Below, piece by piece: positions 27,446 through 36,019 of a stretch of 64,000 nucleotides of DNA. The stretch comes from Escherichia phage JEP8. Each line of letters starts with the position of its first letter. The stretch's first letter is position 1. Both the position numbers and the translations under genes were made by a program. The notes under the pieces are model-generated. The model worked only from the letters and a program-made list of their open reading frames with translations, did not search any database and was not told the DNA's origin. Where the stretch lies: sequence record MT764208.1; one strand, written 5' to 3'.

Positions 27446-28042
27446 TTAGTTGGTAGTACCATCAATAAAATGTTTACGGCACACAGAAACATATTTATCC
27501 TCTGCACCAACTTCGATTTGAGCACCATCGCGAATAACATTACCCTCTTTATCTACACGAAGGACCATTGTTGCTTTCTTGCCACAATGACAAATACCCT
27601 TCATTTCGACCAGTTTATCAGCAAATGCCATTAATGCCGCAGATCCTTCAAATAGATTGCCCTGAAAGTCAGTGCGAAGGCCATAGCACAGTACAGGGAT
27701 ATTTGCATCATCAACAAGCGCACACAAGCCTAAAACATGCTCTTTAGTCATAAATTGGGCTTCATCTACAAAAACTGCATCTGGACGCCATCGATCCGGT
27801 CTACGCTTACCTAACGATTCACGATAAACCAAGTCGAAAAGATCATCCGATTTAGTGAAGGTGATCGCTGGAGCACTTAGGCCAATTCGGGAAACAACTT
27901 CACTTTCTGAATCTCGATTATCAATCGCTGGCTTAAGAATTAATACTCGCATATCACGTTCGGTATAGTTATAAGCACTTTGTAACAGGGAAGTTGATTT
28001 GCCAGCGTTCATAGATGCATAGTAGAAATATAATTGCGCCAT
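27446..28042 (-). CDS. tk: Thymidine kinase
   Basis: 198 aa; Walker A MNAGKST, FVDEAQF, C-terminal Zn cysteines (CHCGKKA...VCRKHF); typical TK1-family layout. Confidence 0.9.
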   Translation of the reverse strand: MAQLYFYYASMNAGKSTSLLQSAYNYTERDMRVLILKPAIDNRDSESEVVSRIGLSAPAITFTKSDDLFDLVYRESLGKRRPDRWRPDAVFVDEAQFMTKEHVLGLCALVDDANIPVLCYGLRTDFQGNLFEGSAALMAFADKLVEMKGICHCGKKATMVLRVDKEGNVIRDGAQIEVGAEDKYVSVCRKHFIDGTTN

Positions 28043-28335
28043 TAATTAATCTCCAAAAATCCAGCAAGACCTAAACCGATATAAACCCAGATACAAAGGA
28101 AAAAGAAGCAAACACCCATAGCAAAGATAAATCCGCGTAGTGTCTTTGGATAACCTACCCAATATTCCCGACCATCTTCTAACCGGATCAGCTTATTTCC
28201 TTGAGAGTCCATATCAATTACAACATGTTTATTTCTGGATTGTAACAGATACTGCTTGACAATCTCAATACCCGCCATAATAACAATAACGAAAATAAAA
28301 GTCCACACAACAAGATTAATGATAGTCTCAAGCAT
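28042..28335 (-). CDS. Membrane protein (two TM segments)
   Basis: 97 aa; hydrophobic N- and C-terminal helices. Confidence 0.5.
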   Translation of the reverse strand: MLETIINLVVWTFIFVIVIMAGIEIVKQYLLQSRNKHVVIDMDSQGNKLIRLEDGREYWVGYPKTLRGFIFAMGVCFFFLCIWVYIGLGLAGFLEIN

Positions 28336-28570
28336 TTTCTATCACCTCCACCCAATCAGGTGTTTCCTGAAAGACTCCTTCGCCTTCATGATGGTCGCAA
28401 CCTTTATTGCTGCAATACATCCACCAATCCCACATTCCCCACGGTAAACGATGCATATCGTCGTTACAGCAAGTGAAGATGATAGGCCAACCACATCTAC
28501 CACAACGGCAGTTTTCCTTCATGTGAGCGGTATTAGGCTTCTTCATAGATGACTCCAATATAATCGACAT
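28328..28570 (-). CDS. Cys-rich small protein
   Basis: 80 aa; CRCGRCG...CCNDD...CSNKGCDHHEG. Confidence 0.4.
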   Translation of the reverse strand: MSIILESSMKKPNTAHMKENCRCGRCGWPIIFTCCNDDMHRLPWGMWDWWMYCSNKGCDHHEGEGVFQETPDWVEVIENA

Positions 28571-28737
28571 TTACATTTAGGGCAATGCGGTTCTTTAATA
28601 TAATACCCGTCTGTCTTCGGAACACTAACAGGAGCGGTTTTTATATTGTATTCAGTGAAACAACGAAAACAAGTTACGTTTTCTACAGACTGACGTTTCA
28701 CCCAATCACCGGAATATAGATCATTTTTATTTGTCAT
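28543..28737 (-). CDS. Zinc-ribbon small protein
   Basis: Start moved to MTNKNDLYSG after SD GGTGG; CFRCF...CPKCKC. Confidence 0.4.
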   Translation of the reverse strand: MTNKNDLYSGDWVKRQSVENVTCFRCFTEYNIKTAPVSVPKTDGYYIKEPHCPKCKCRLYWSHL

Positions 28738-29182
28738 ATTCAACCACCACAATGTTAATGTCTGGAGTAGCAATATTAATGATCTCTTCTACACATTCCC
28801 ACTCAAGGCCACCGATACCGCAACCGATTTTAGGAATATAGAAAGGCTGTATAGCACCCTCAAAAACATCATTGAGAGACTCAAATCCTTTCAGGATAGC
28901 ACCATATTCAGCATTTGGACCCGGTCGGAATTGGGTATAGAGATTCACCCCGCACCAGTTATAACCATTAACTTGATGCGTCCAGATACTAAACCCACCC
29001 AACTTTTCTACCTTACCGCGAGAAGTTTGCTTGTCAATCTCTAACGCTTGCGGGAACTCTTTCGCGATCTTCGCAGCAATACCAGCGCCCATAGTATGAA
29101 AACAATTACAACCATGAATTAAATGACCGTTTCCTTGTTTAAACAGGGCGATGAGATCGCCCTTTACAGTATCAATAATCAT
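28727..29182 (-). CDS. Macro-domain protein (ADP-ribose binding/processing)
   Basis: 151 aa; HGCNCFHTMGAGIAAKIAKEF and IGCGIGGLEW are typical macro-domain signatures. Confidence 0.65.
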   Translation of the reverse strand: MIIDTVKGDLIALFKQGNGHLIHGCNCFHTMGAGIAAKIAKEFPQALEIDKQTSRGKVEKLGGFSIWTHQVNGYNWCGVNLYTQFRPGPNAEYGAILKGFESLNDVFEGAIQPFYIPKIGCGIGGLEWECVEEIINIATPDINIVVVEYDK

Positions 29183-29197
29183 AATATAAACCTCTCA

Positions 29198-29557
29198 TTA
29201 GTCACGGGAAGACAACCCAGCCATAAAACGGCTTAACAGTGTGTCGCGATAAGCAAAGCATAATTGCTTATCAGGGGCAGTATCACACAGGTTGCGTTTT
29301 GTTTTAGCAAAGCTGGCAATACTCAGATCCCATGCTCGATTTTTTCGTTTTTCGTCTCGACCTTGTTTATATGCTTCATCAAGTTCGAGCGCGATAAAAT
29401 CACTACACATGTTATCATCATCACAGAAAGTTTTAATGATCTTTTTGTTGATCTCAAATCCTTTGTATTCGAACTTTGGATAAGGGCGCTCATTACTAGC
29501 AAGCGCACCAGCCGAGAACATCATAACAATCATAGCAATTATTGTCAACTTTTTCAT
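29198..29557 (-). CDS. Secreted Cys-containing protein (signal peptide)
   Basis: 119 aa; N-terminal MKKLTIIAMIVMMFSAGALA; four cysteines in the mature part. Confidence 0.5.
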   Translation of the reverse strand: MKKLTIIAMIVMMFSAGALASNERPYPKFEYKGFEINKKIIKTFCDDDNMCSDFIALELDEAYKQGRDEKRKNRAWDLSIASFAKTKRNLCDTAPDKQLCFAYRDTLLSRFMAGLSSRD

Positions 29558-29564
29558 ATATTCC

Positions 29565-30155
29565 TCAATAGCGTTTAGTCTTAAGAATGCCTTTACTCTT
29601 TAGATGGTTAGCCTTTTTTAGTACGTCATCAGCATAACCTAATCCGGCTTTATAGTTCCATCCAGCATTGTAAGAAGCTAGCGCGAGTCTGATATTACCG
29701 TTTCGAATATCCAGCCAGTATGCTAACTCATCCATCGCGTAGAATGCAGAAACCTCGCGATTCATGATAAAGTTGATAGTCTGGCGATCACTCATTTTAA
29801 CACCGCGCTTTGCATTTTTCGCTTTCACCGTTTTAAGGTAATTTTGAAATAATCCATAAGCATGATGATTTTTCTTTGGTGCTAAGTTTGCACCCGCGCT
29901 TGATTCTTGCCATGCGATACCCGCCAGGATGTGACCTAAACCCTTTCCGTTATAGCGAATATTCGGATGGTACTTTTTCAACTTACCGCTTTTCTCGAAT
30001 TGCTCGCCGTATTGATAGGCGAAATGTAAATTATCTAGTTGGTGTGCTGTAAAGTTGTCTATCGGCGCTTTTTTGATCGGTGCGCTAGTCGATGCGTGTG
30101 TAGCACCAACGGCTAGTGACAGACTCAATACTATCGCTTTTAGAACTTTTAACAT
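29565..30155 (-). CDS. Secreted lytic transglycosylase-like protein (SLT domain)
   Basis: 196 aa; signal peptide MLKVLKAIVLSLSLAVGATHA; SLT motifs AWQESS, YGLFQ, ASYNAG. Confidence 0.6.
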   Translation of the reverse strand: MLKVLKAIVLSLSLAVGATHASTSAPIKKAPIDNFTAHQLDNLHFAYQYGEQFEKSGKLKKYHPNIRYNGKGLGHILAGIAWQESSAGANLAPKKNHHAYGLFQNYLKTVKAKNAKRGVKMSDRQTINFIMNREVSAFYAMDELAYWLDIRNGNIRLALASYNAGWNYKAGLGYADDVLKKANHLKSKGILKTKRY

Positions 30156-30240
30156 TAATTTCTCCTGTTTGGCTTAACTTTCTGATTTCATAATATAGCC
30201 CTATCACCAGAAAGTCAAGCATTAACTCAACCAATTTCCA

Positions 30241-30663
30241 TTATTGGTCTACCTTCAAAACAACCGCCGACATTTTACCCGCCAGTCGTTTTGGATTCTC
30301 TATAATCATTCGGCAGCATAGACCGTGATATGGCTTACCCTCTTCGATTAGATCTACTGTCATCCCGATCCACATGTTACCGTCAGTAATTTCTAATCGA
30401 TTAGGTCGGTCTTCCATTTTCAGGAAGTCGAAGATCTCCGGCAAACGAGTTTCTATCTTATTGAATAGTTCCATTGTCTTATGTTCATCGATATGACGAT
30501 CGGTTAGACGGTCGATCATATGCGGACTAAAGCGAATGAAAATATACTCGCCGTAACCATCATTCAAGCACTTTTCTTTGATCTGCGCATTGGTTTTGCG
30601 CATTTCGGTTTCGAAGAATCTACGCAGCTTACTACGGCGAACATGTACGTTAATTGTTTCCAT
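30241..30663 (-). CDS. Hypothetical protein
   Basis: Start moved to METINVHVRR after SD AAGGA. Confidence 0.45.
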   Translation of the reverse strand: METINVHVRRSKLRRFFETEMRKTNAQIKEKCLNDGYGEYIFIRFSPHMIDRLTDRHIDEHKTMELFNKIETRLPEIFDFLKMEDRPNRLEITDGNMWIGMTVDLIEEGKPYHGLCCRMIIENPKRLAGKMSAVVLKVDQ

Positions 30664-30667
30664 TTTA

Positions 30668-31003
30668 TTATCCTTTCTTAAACAAATTGCGAAGCCAGTA
30701 TACAAACGGGATTTCTTTAAACTTGAACTTGTCAATAGTTAATTCTTTAGTAGCAAGATGAATACCATAAGCATCATGTGTAACTATATGCCATTTTCTA
30801 TAGTCCAAATGTGAACAACCGTCTGGATCTAGGTTAATAAGAGTTTCTCGCTCACTAGGATTATTTTTCCACAATTTTGTAATAGGATCGCACATAATTC
30901 GACCTAGCGTACCATGAATAATCTCACAACGGTAAAGTTTTCCAGCAGTGAGATAGGCGCACCCGTCATAGTCGGTATAAACAAACACTTCTTTAACACT
31001 CAT
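30668..31003 (-). CDS. Small paralog 3 (C[SA]HL motif family)
   Basis: Start moved to MSVKEVFVYTDYDG after SD AAGGAG; DGCSHLDYRKWHIV. Confidence 0.45.
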   Translation of the reverse strand: MSVKEVFVYTDYDGCAYLTAGKLYRCEIIHGTLGRIMCDPITKLWKNNPSERETLINLDPDGCSHLDYRKWHIVTHDAYGIHLATKELTIDKFKFKEIPFVYWLRNLFKKG

Positions 31004-31031
31004 TTTAATACTCCTTTGTTTCGATGGGGGT

Positions 31032-31060
31032 ATATTACTACCCCCGATCATGTGTGTCAA
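31032..31060 (-). promoter_or_regulatory. PeSL-like early promoter
   Basis: Minus strand TTGACA cacatgatcgggggtag TAATAT; gggggta..taccccc hairpin. Confidence 0.5.
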
Positions 31061-31306
31061 CTACTTTTTCAAGATTTTTTTGATCACATTCCAAAGACCT
31101 TTATTCTCAGGTTGTTTTGGTTCTTCGATCAGTGTCCATGTTCGACCGTCTAAGTGTGCACAATTTTTAAGACAAATAAAAATCTGGTGTCCCTTATCAT
31201 CACGGATATAACCACTATTCGCAAATCTTTCATGTGGTGTATATTCATACAGTGTATTTGGTGTAATATACTTGCGGTTACTATAAGGTGTCATCACATA
31301 CATCAT
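31061..31306 (-). CDS. Small paralog 2 (C[SA]HL motif family)
   Basis: Start moved to MMYVMTPYSN after SD GGGAG; CAHLDGRTWTLI. Confidence 0.45.
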   Translation of the reverse strand: MMYVMTPYSNRKYITPNTLYEYTPHERFANSGYIRDDKGHQIFICLKNCAHLDGRTWTLIEEPKQPENKGLWNVIKKILKK

Positions 31307-31497
31307 GGTACTAACTCCCATTTATCACCGCGAAGATGAGAACATCCACCATCAAGAAGGATCGTAATACGAAACCCCGCATCATCTTCAATATACCCGA
31401 TAGTCGGTGGATGTTCGTCGTCTCGTGCCGGGGTAAAATCATACATCTTCCCCGGTGTGATATCATTGCCTTTATTGCTATTGGTATAAACTTGCAT
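31303..31497 (-). CDS. Small paralog 1 (C[SA]HL motif family)
   Basis: 64 aa; GGCSHLRGDKWELV. Confidence 0.45.
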   Translation of the reverse strand: MQVYTNSNKGNDITPGKMYDFTPARDDEHPPTIGYIEDDAGFRITILLDGGCSHLRGDKWELVP

Positions 31498-31518
31498 TTT
31501 CTTAATCTCCTATATTAA

Positions 31519-32217
31519 CTAACCACGGGTATAGTGTTCCAGAACAACTGTCAGATGAATATATTCTAATAGATCTTTCCAAAAGTCAACATCTGGTTCT
31601 TCCGGCATACCGTTTTTCTTTGCCTCTTCACGAGCGAGTTTAACACGCTCGTAGAGATCTTTCAATTCTTCCCGCACATTATCAAAGGTTCTTTCTCCTA
31701 ACTTACACGCTAAAATCGAAGAACGTCTCGCGAGCGGGAATTGTATATCACCTGTCTGATAGATTTCAAGTAGCTGATAACCAACACGCAGAGCATGAGA
31801 AAGATCTTTCCAGTTACTGAAATACTTTTCAGATTTGGCTACCTGTTTCTTGAGATAACCAGACAAACCCCACATACCAACATGATAGAATTTATCGCGA
31901 TGTGTTCGGATGTATTCCCATTCTCTGGAGGATTCAACCAACATGTTACTAGGCGCGTGCACCATGTCAATAGCACCGATATCGCCTTTACATGCCAGAT
32001 TGATAAACCGTTTTAGACTGAACATATTAACGTCAATATCGTCTTTGGTGTTCTTGATACCTTGACCGCTAGTGCTTTGGTCATAGTGTTCTTTCATCGA
32101 TCCTAAGATAATTTCTTTCGCAGTCGGAACAAAGATACCACGATAATCTTTATCGGAATTTTCAGTATCAAGGCCGTATAAGTGAGACCCGAAGACCATT
32201 TTAACCATTGTATGCAT
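31519..32217 (-). CDS. Predicted nucleotidyltransferase (Pol-beta-like fold)
   Basis: 232 aa; N-terminal VFGSHLYGLDTENSDKDYRGIF fits the G[GS]x9-13 D-x-[DE] signature; SD GAGGG. Confidence 0.55.
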   Translation of the reverse strand: MHTMVKMVFGSHLYGLDTENSDKDYRGIFVPTAKEIILGSMKEHYDQSTSGQGIKNTKDDIDVNMFSLKRFINLACKGDIGAIDMVHAPSNMLVESSREWEYIRTHRDKFYHVGMWGLSGYLKKQVAKSEKYFSNWKDLSHALRVGYQLLEIYQTGDIQFPLARRSSILACKLGERTFDNVREELKDLYERVKLAREEAKKNGMPEEPDVDFWKDLLEYIHLTVVLEHYTRG

Positions 32218-32303
32218 AATTAAACCCTCAGTTGATTAAGAGATTGCATCATACCATCATAAAAATAAAAAGCCAACCCTTTTCGGATTGGCTTGATGAA
32301 AAA

Positions 32304-32720
32304 TTAGAGAGATTCGGTAAAGGTACGAGCGATAACATCACGTTGCTGGTCTGGAGTCAGACTATTGAAGCGCACTGCGTAACCAGAAACGCGAATTGTA
32401 AGCTGCGGGTACTTCTCAGGATGTTCAACAGCGTCCAGCAACATTTCTCGTAACAATACATTAACATTCAAATGCTGACCACCTTCGACAACCGGAGCAC
32501 CATTATCTACAATGACAGGACGGAAGCTAGTTGTGTGCAGTGCCAGCGAATCGACGTCTTCTGCGGTGATCACATGGTCTTCTGCGAAAGTTTTACTAAC
32601 AATTACTTTAGCACCGATCAGTGCTTTCGGTTCGGATACCAGAATCATAGGCGCGAAGTGTCCACCAATAATAGTACCTTTATGCTCACCTTTCATGATT
32701 TGAATTGCTTTAAATTCCAT
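32304..32720 (-). CDS. grcA: Autonomous glycyl-radical cofactor (GrcA/YfiD-like)
   Basis: 138 aa; C-terminus [11 protein letters not shown]...[39 protein letters not shown] nearly identical to E. coli GrcA as recalled; glycyl-radical motif RVSGYAV. Confidence 0.85.
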   Translation of the reverse strand: MEFKAIQIMKGEHKGTIIGGHFAPMILVSEPKALIGAKVIVSKTFAEDHVITAEDVDSLALHTTSFRPVIVDNGAPVVEGGQHLNVNVLLREMLLDAVEHPEKYPQLTIRVSGYAVRFNSLTPDQQRDVIARTFTESL

Positions 32721-32855
32721 AATTCACCTCTTATAGATCAGGACGTTCGTCATTAACTTTTCCAACCAAAACACCATAGAGTTTATCAGGTTGGACTTTA
32801 CGATTCTTTTTAATTGTAGCACGAAATCGACGAGCTACGCTATCTTTATTTTTCA

Positions 32856-33341
32856 TTAGTTGATACCTAAGCCAATGAAAATAGGTTGGTCTTCTACATT
32901 ACCCATCCCAACACTAAGTCGATTCACTTCTAAAAACTGCAATACGCTGTCAGTAAATCCGCGCATGGTAGTATCTAGGATAAAAATTGTTTTGTCAAGA
33001 CTACGACCTCGCCATGTGATCGGATTCAGGAAAGTTCGGATCGACGTACAATCTACATTTGAAATATTTACATTTTCACCGCGACCGCGATCTCGGATCG
33101 TTTTGGCATGTTCCCGCGTCGTTGAAACGATAAAGACACTATAGCCTTTTCTAGTATAATGGTCATATAACTTGATTGTAGCGTCTGTATGCCCTGTCTG
33201 ACGTCCTAAATTGATTGAGACGATGGAATCTAGGTCATCAGCAAAATTGCGTCGCTTACGACGTTCTATGATGCCATTTACGGCAGATACACACGCAGCA
33301 TAAATCAAATCTTTACTTTCTAATTTTACATCAATATTCAT
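32856..33341 (-). CDS. Hypothetical protein
   Basis: 161 aa; SD GGAG. Confidence 0.5.
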   Translation of the reverse strand: MNIDVKLESKDLIYAACVSAVNGIIERRKRRNFADDLDSIVSINLGRQTGHTDATIKLYDHYTRKGYSVFIVSTTREHAKTIRDRGRGENVNISNVDCTSIRTFLNPITWRGRSLDKTIFILDTTMRGFTDSVLQFLEVNRLSVGMGNVEDQPIFIGLGIN

Positions 33342-33403
33342 GGTAAAGTCTCCAGTGAACGGGGAGAGATCCTTAGATTGTCTCCCCGTTGATGGTTAAT
33401 ATT

Positions 33404-33793
33404 TTATTTTGGATCTGGGTATTTGCTGTGTGGTAATTGTAGATGAGGACCATCTTTAAAACTAGTCCAATCCCCACCCCATTCAACAGGAACACCCAAT
33501 TCTCGACCAGCTTGTTTAAATGCATCAGCGATCATGCGGTAATATTTCATGTTCCATGTATCTTTATCTTTCGGATACGCTACAACGTCAACCGCGAAAC
33601 CGTGAAGATGACGAGATTTCATAGTCTTAGATTTACCTTCCGCAACATATTTCTTTTGCGTTTCTAGACTACGCACACCTTCCGTAATACCAAAATCGAC
33701 CGGAGTCAGTTCTAATGCACGATGAACGACTTTTACCAGGTCTGGATGTACACCAACAAGCCGATCTTTGCTTCTTTGAGATAATCTAAACAT
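33404..33793 (-). CDS. Endolysin, L-alanyl-D-glutamate peptidase (peptidase M15, T5-like)
   Basis: 129 aa; VHPDLVKVVHRALELTPVDFGITEGVRS...SRHLHGFAVDV...WGGDW resembles T5-type endolysin; HxxxxxxD and H motifs for Zn binding. Confidence 0.75.
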   Translation of the reverse strand: MFRLSQRSKDRLVGVHPDLVKVVHRALELTPVDFGITEGVRSLETQKKYVAEGKSKTMKSRHLHGFAVDVVAYPKDKDTWNMKYYRMIADAFKQAGRELGVPVEWGGDWTSFKDGPHLQLPHSKYPDPK

Positions 33794-33821
33794 TATTCAC
33801 CCCCTTTGTGAGTGATAATAT

Positions 33822-34013
33822 TTAGATTCCTGCAATCCTGCATAGAGTTCTTGTATTAGCACCAATCAGGATAGCATTGACTACAACCATTCCCCAATCA
33901 ACCCACGGATTATTATAAATGCTAAATCCGTTTGTTATGCCAAATACAAGCATTCCGGTACACATACTCAGAGCAATAATCAACATCACGGTAAAACCAA
34001 ATGCAAATTTCAT
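33822..34013 (-). CDS. Small membrane protein
   Basis: 63 aa, two hydrophobic helices. Confidence 0.45.
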   Translation of the reverse strand: MKFAFGFTVMLIIALSMCTGMLVFGITNGFSIYNNPWVDWGMVVVNAILIGANTRTLCRIAGI

Positions 34014-34014
34014 A

Positions 34015-34281
34015 TTATTTTCCTTTTCTCTGTTTACGTTTATAAAAGTAATACATTACCTCATCGCGTCCGGTGATCCAACATGCTAGGGCAGTAAACA
34101 GGTTTACAATTCCCAACACACCTACTGACGCGGCGCTGTCAACAGACATAGGAACAGTAAAGGCCATAGCTAACATAGCAATGCCACAAATGACATTAAG
34201 CACCATTATAATAAGACCGAAGAAAACCATTGTCAATCCTCCCAAATAAGAAAACCAACAATCACGCCAGTGATAAGACAT
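34015..34281 (-). CDS. Small membrane protein
   Basis: 88 aa, hydrophobic, basic C-terminus. Confidence 0.45.
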   Translation of the reverse strand: MSYHWRDCWFSYLGGLTMVFFGLIIMVLNVICGIAMLAMAFTVPMSVDSAASVGVLGIVNLFTALACWITGRDEVMYYFYKRKQRKGK

Positions 34282-34412
34282 GATGCGCCGCTAATAAGAC
34301 AACCAGCACCAAGTGATTCCCACCAGATCAGAGAAGCGACAATAACGCAAATTCCCCAGACTACCGCAATCACAACATAGGCAAGGGTCGCCCAAAACAT
34401 ATATTTGTTCAT
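34233..34412 (-). CDS. Small membrane protein (59 aa)
   Basis: Below ORF-track cutoff; ATG overlaps the upstream stop in ATGA; MNKYMFWATLAYVVIAVVWGICVIVASLIWW... Confidence 0.4.
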   Translation of the reverse strand: MNKYMFWATLAYVVIAVVWGICVIVASLIWWESLGAGCLISGASCLITGVIVGFLIWED

Positions 34413-34597
34413 AATAAACCCAACTCACCAAACAAATAAGAAAAAAGCCATATCAACAGAAACGAGGCAATTGATCCGACAAGCAAAATGATATTAGAGA
34501 ATCCACCGTCTACCCAGGCAACAAAACAGAATACGCTAGTATAGAAGCATAAACCCATTACAAAGCATACTATAAGCAACCATAGATAAAACGTCAT
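34409..34597 (-). CDS. Small membrane protein
   Basis: 62 aa, hydrophobic. Confidence 0.45.
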   Translation of the reverse strand: MTFYLWLLIVCFVMGLCFYTSVFCFVAWVDGGFSNIILLVGSIASFLLIWLFSYLFGELGLL

Positions 34598-34658
34598 AGA
34601 AAGTCCTCCAGCGAGATAAATTAGTGCGGGTAGTGGAATGTACTACCCGCTTTGTTAA

Positions 34659-34817
34659 TCAACGCAGAGCTTCTTCTAGCGCGATCCCAAACCATCCACA
34701 AACAACGCCCATACAGACAGCTACAAGAAGATTCATTCTCTCTTTAGGGATCATTGCAATCATAACAACAACCATACAGAAAGCCATTACCATTGATGTT
34801 AACATTTGTTCAACCAT
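34659..34817 (-). CDS. Small membrane protein (52 aa)
   Basis: Below ORF-track cutoff; SD AAGGTG; MVEQMLTSMVMAFCMVVVMIAMIPKE... Confidence 0.4.
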   Translation of the reverse strand: MVEQMLTSMVMAFCMVVVMIAMIPKERMNLLVAVCMGVVCGWFGIALEEALR

Positions 34818-34819
34818 TA

Positions 34820-35152
34820 TCACACCTTTAAAGTCATAGACGCATAAACATTAATGCCAGGCCAGTTAGGATCGCAATTATACTCAACATCCCACAAATA
34901 AAGCGGTTTAGATGTATCAGCCAAGTTTTTAAAATCTTCTACCCACATTTCAAGGCTATATGATGGATAAACTAGGCTATCATATCCGCCGTAACGTTGG
35001 CCTACTGGTCGGTCAGTAAAAACTACCTCAAGATCCGGTAATTCTTTTTCAAGGATAACCGCCAGCGCATAAATCAGACGGTCTTCCTTGTTACGCTGCC
35101 GAAGGACCGTTGTCAGTTGGTTTTTCTGGTTCACTAGCAAGCACCTCCACAT
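34820..35152 (-). CDS. Hypothetical protein (start uncertain)
   Basis: ORF track 34820-35158 begins with GTG; overlaps the upstream ORF. Confidence 0.35.
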   Translation of the reverse strand: MWRCLLVNQKNQLTTVLRQRNKEDRLIYALAVILEKELPDLEVVFTDRPVGQRYGGYDSLVYPSYSLEMWVEDFKNLADTSKPLYLWDVEYNCDPNWPGINVYASMTLKV

Positions 35153-35411
35153 TTTCACAGAATGAAATTTTCACAGACACAATTTTACCATAAGTGAAGA
35201 ATGAATATACATTATCGATATATTCAACGTCACCTACAATCACATCAAACTGCGGATCAGCAACCGCCGCAACATATTCTACCAGTTCATCAAGAGAATG
35301 CAACTTAATTTCATCAATTCGGCTGTATTTGGTTGCATCTTTGATTTTAAAACCACGTTCTTTCAGCTTATCAATTAGAATTTCACGCGGAGTTTCAAAC
35401 AGTTTGCTCAT
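35091..35411 (-). CDS. Hypothetical protein
   Basis: 106 aa; SD GAGGA. Confidence 0.45.
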   Translation of the reverse strand: MSKLFETPREILIDKLKERGFKIKDATKYSRIDEIKLHSLDELVEYVAAVADPQFDVIVGDVEYIDNVYSFFTYGKIVSVKISFCENVEVLASEPEKPTDNGPSAA

Positions 35412-35432
35412 AATATAATCCTCACATTAAAT

Positions 35433-35633
35433 CTAAAATTTGTTAACGACGAATTGCATAATTAGACTAATCATAAACATTGCAAACCAAGTATAAATGC
35501 AACAGATAAAAGCTACATACAATTCAATCTGGTCAGAGAATACACCGGGTAAAAGCATTAGCAAAATAACAACAGTAAAGACGCTAGCGATACCCGCAAC
35601 AAAACCAATATCATTTTTACTAATCGTCATCAA
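35433..35633 (-). CDS. Small membrane protein
   Basis: 66 aa, two hydrophobic helices. Confidence 0.45.
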   Translation of the reverse strand: MMTISKNDIGFVAGIASVFTVVILLMLLPGVFSDQIELYVAFICCIYTWFAMFMISLIMQFVVNKF

Positions 35634-35827
35634 GTCACCGTTTTGTAAAGAAACACAATAAAATCCAAGACAAGAAAGACAGTGTAAATGATCATCGTCA
35701 AGACAGTAAACACTGTCAAATTTTCATCGTTAGTTAATTCATAGTCGCCCATCCATACAATAACAAGATATAGCATTGAAAGAATGGAAGCACCTACTAA
35801 GTTAAAAAACATATTCTTTAGCGTCAT
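35630..35827 (-). CDS. Small membrane protein
   Basis: 65 aa; ATGA overlap with upstream gene. Confidence 0.45.
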   Translation of the reverse strand: MTLKNMFFNLVGASILSMLYLVIVWMGDYELTNDENLTVFTVLTMIIYTVFLVLDFIVFLYKTVT

Positions 35828-35828
35828 G

Positions 35829-36011
35829 TTAACAATCCTCGCGGCTTAAGTCAACAGCAATTGCATACAGAATAATGAATATACTAGCAGATCCGAGAAT
35901 CAATGCACCGTCACATTTTGAAACTCGCTCATCAAAATGCAACATTATCCATCCGAGGATGTTAAAGGCGCACACCGCGCCTATGTTATCTAACCAATTA
36001 ATCTTTTTCAT
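35829..36011 (-). CDS. Small membrane protein
   Basis: 60 aa, hydrophobic. Confidence 0.4.
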   Translation of the reverse strand: MKKINWLDNIGAVCAFNILGWIMLHFDERVSKCDGALILGSASIFIILYAIAVDLSREDC

Positions 36012-36019
36012 AATATACC

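Noticed and set aside
33361-33400. Promoter cassette between endolysin and ORF 32856-33341
   Set aside because: A 27-nt GGGGAGA...TCTCCCC hairpin is present but too long for a spacer and lacks flanking hexamers; may be an RNA-stability hairpin or decayed cassette.
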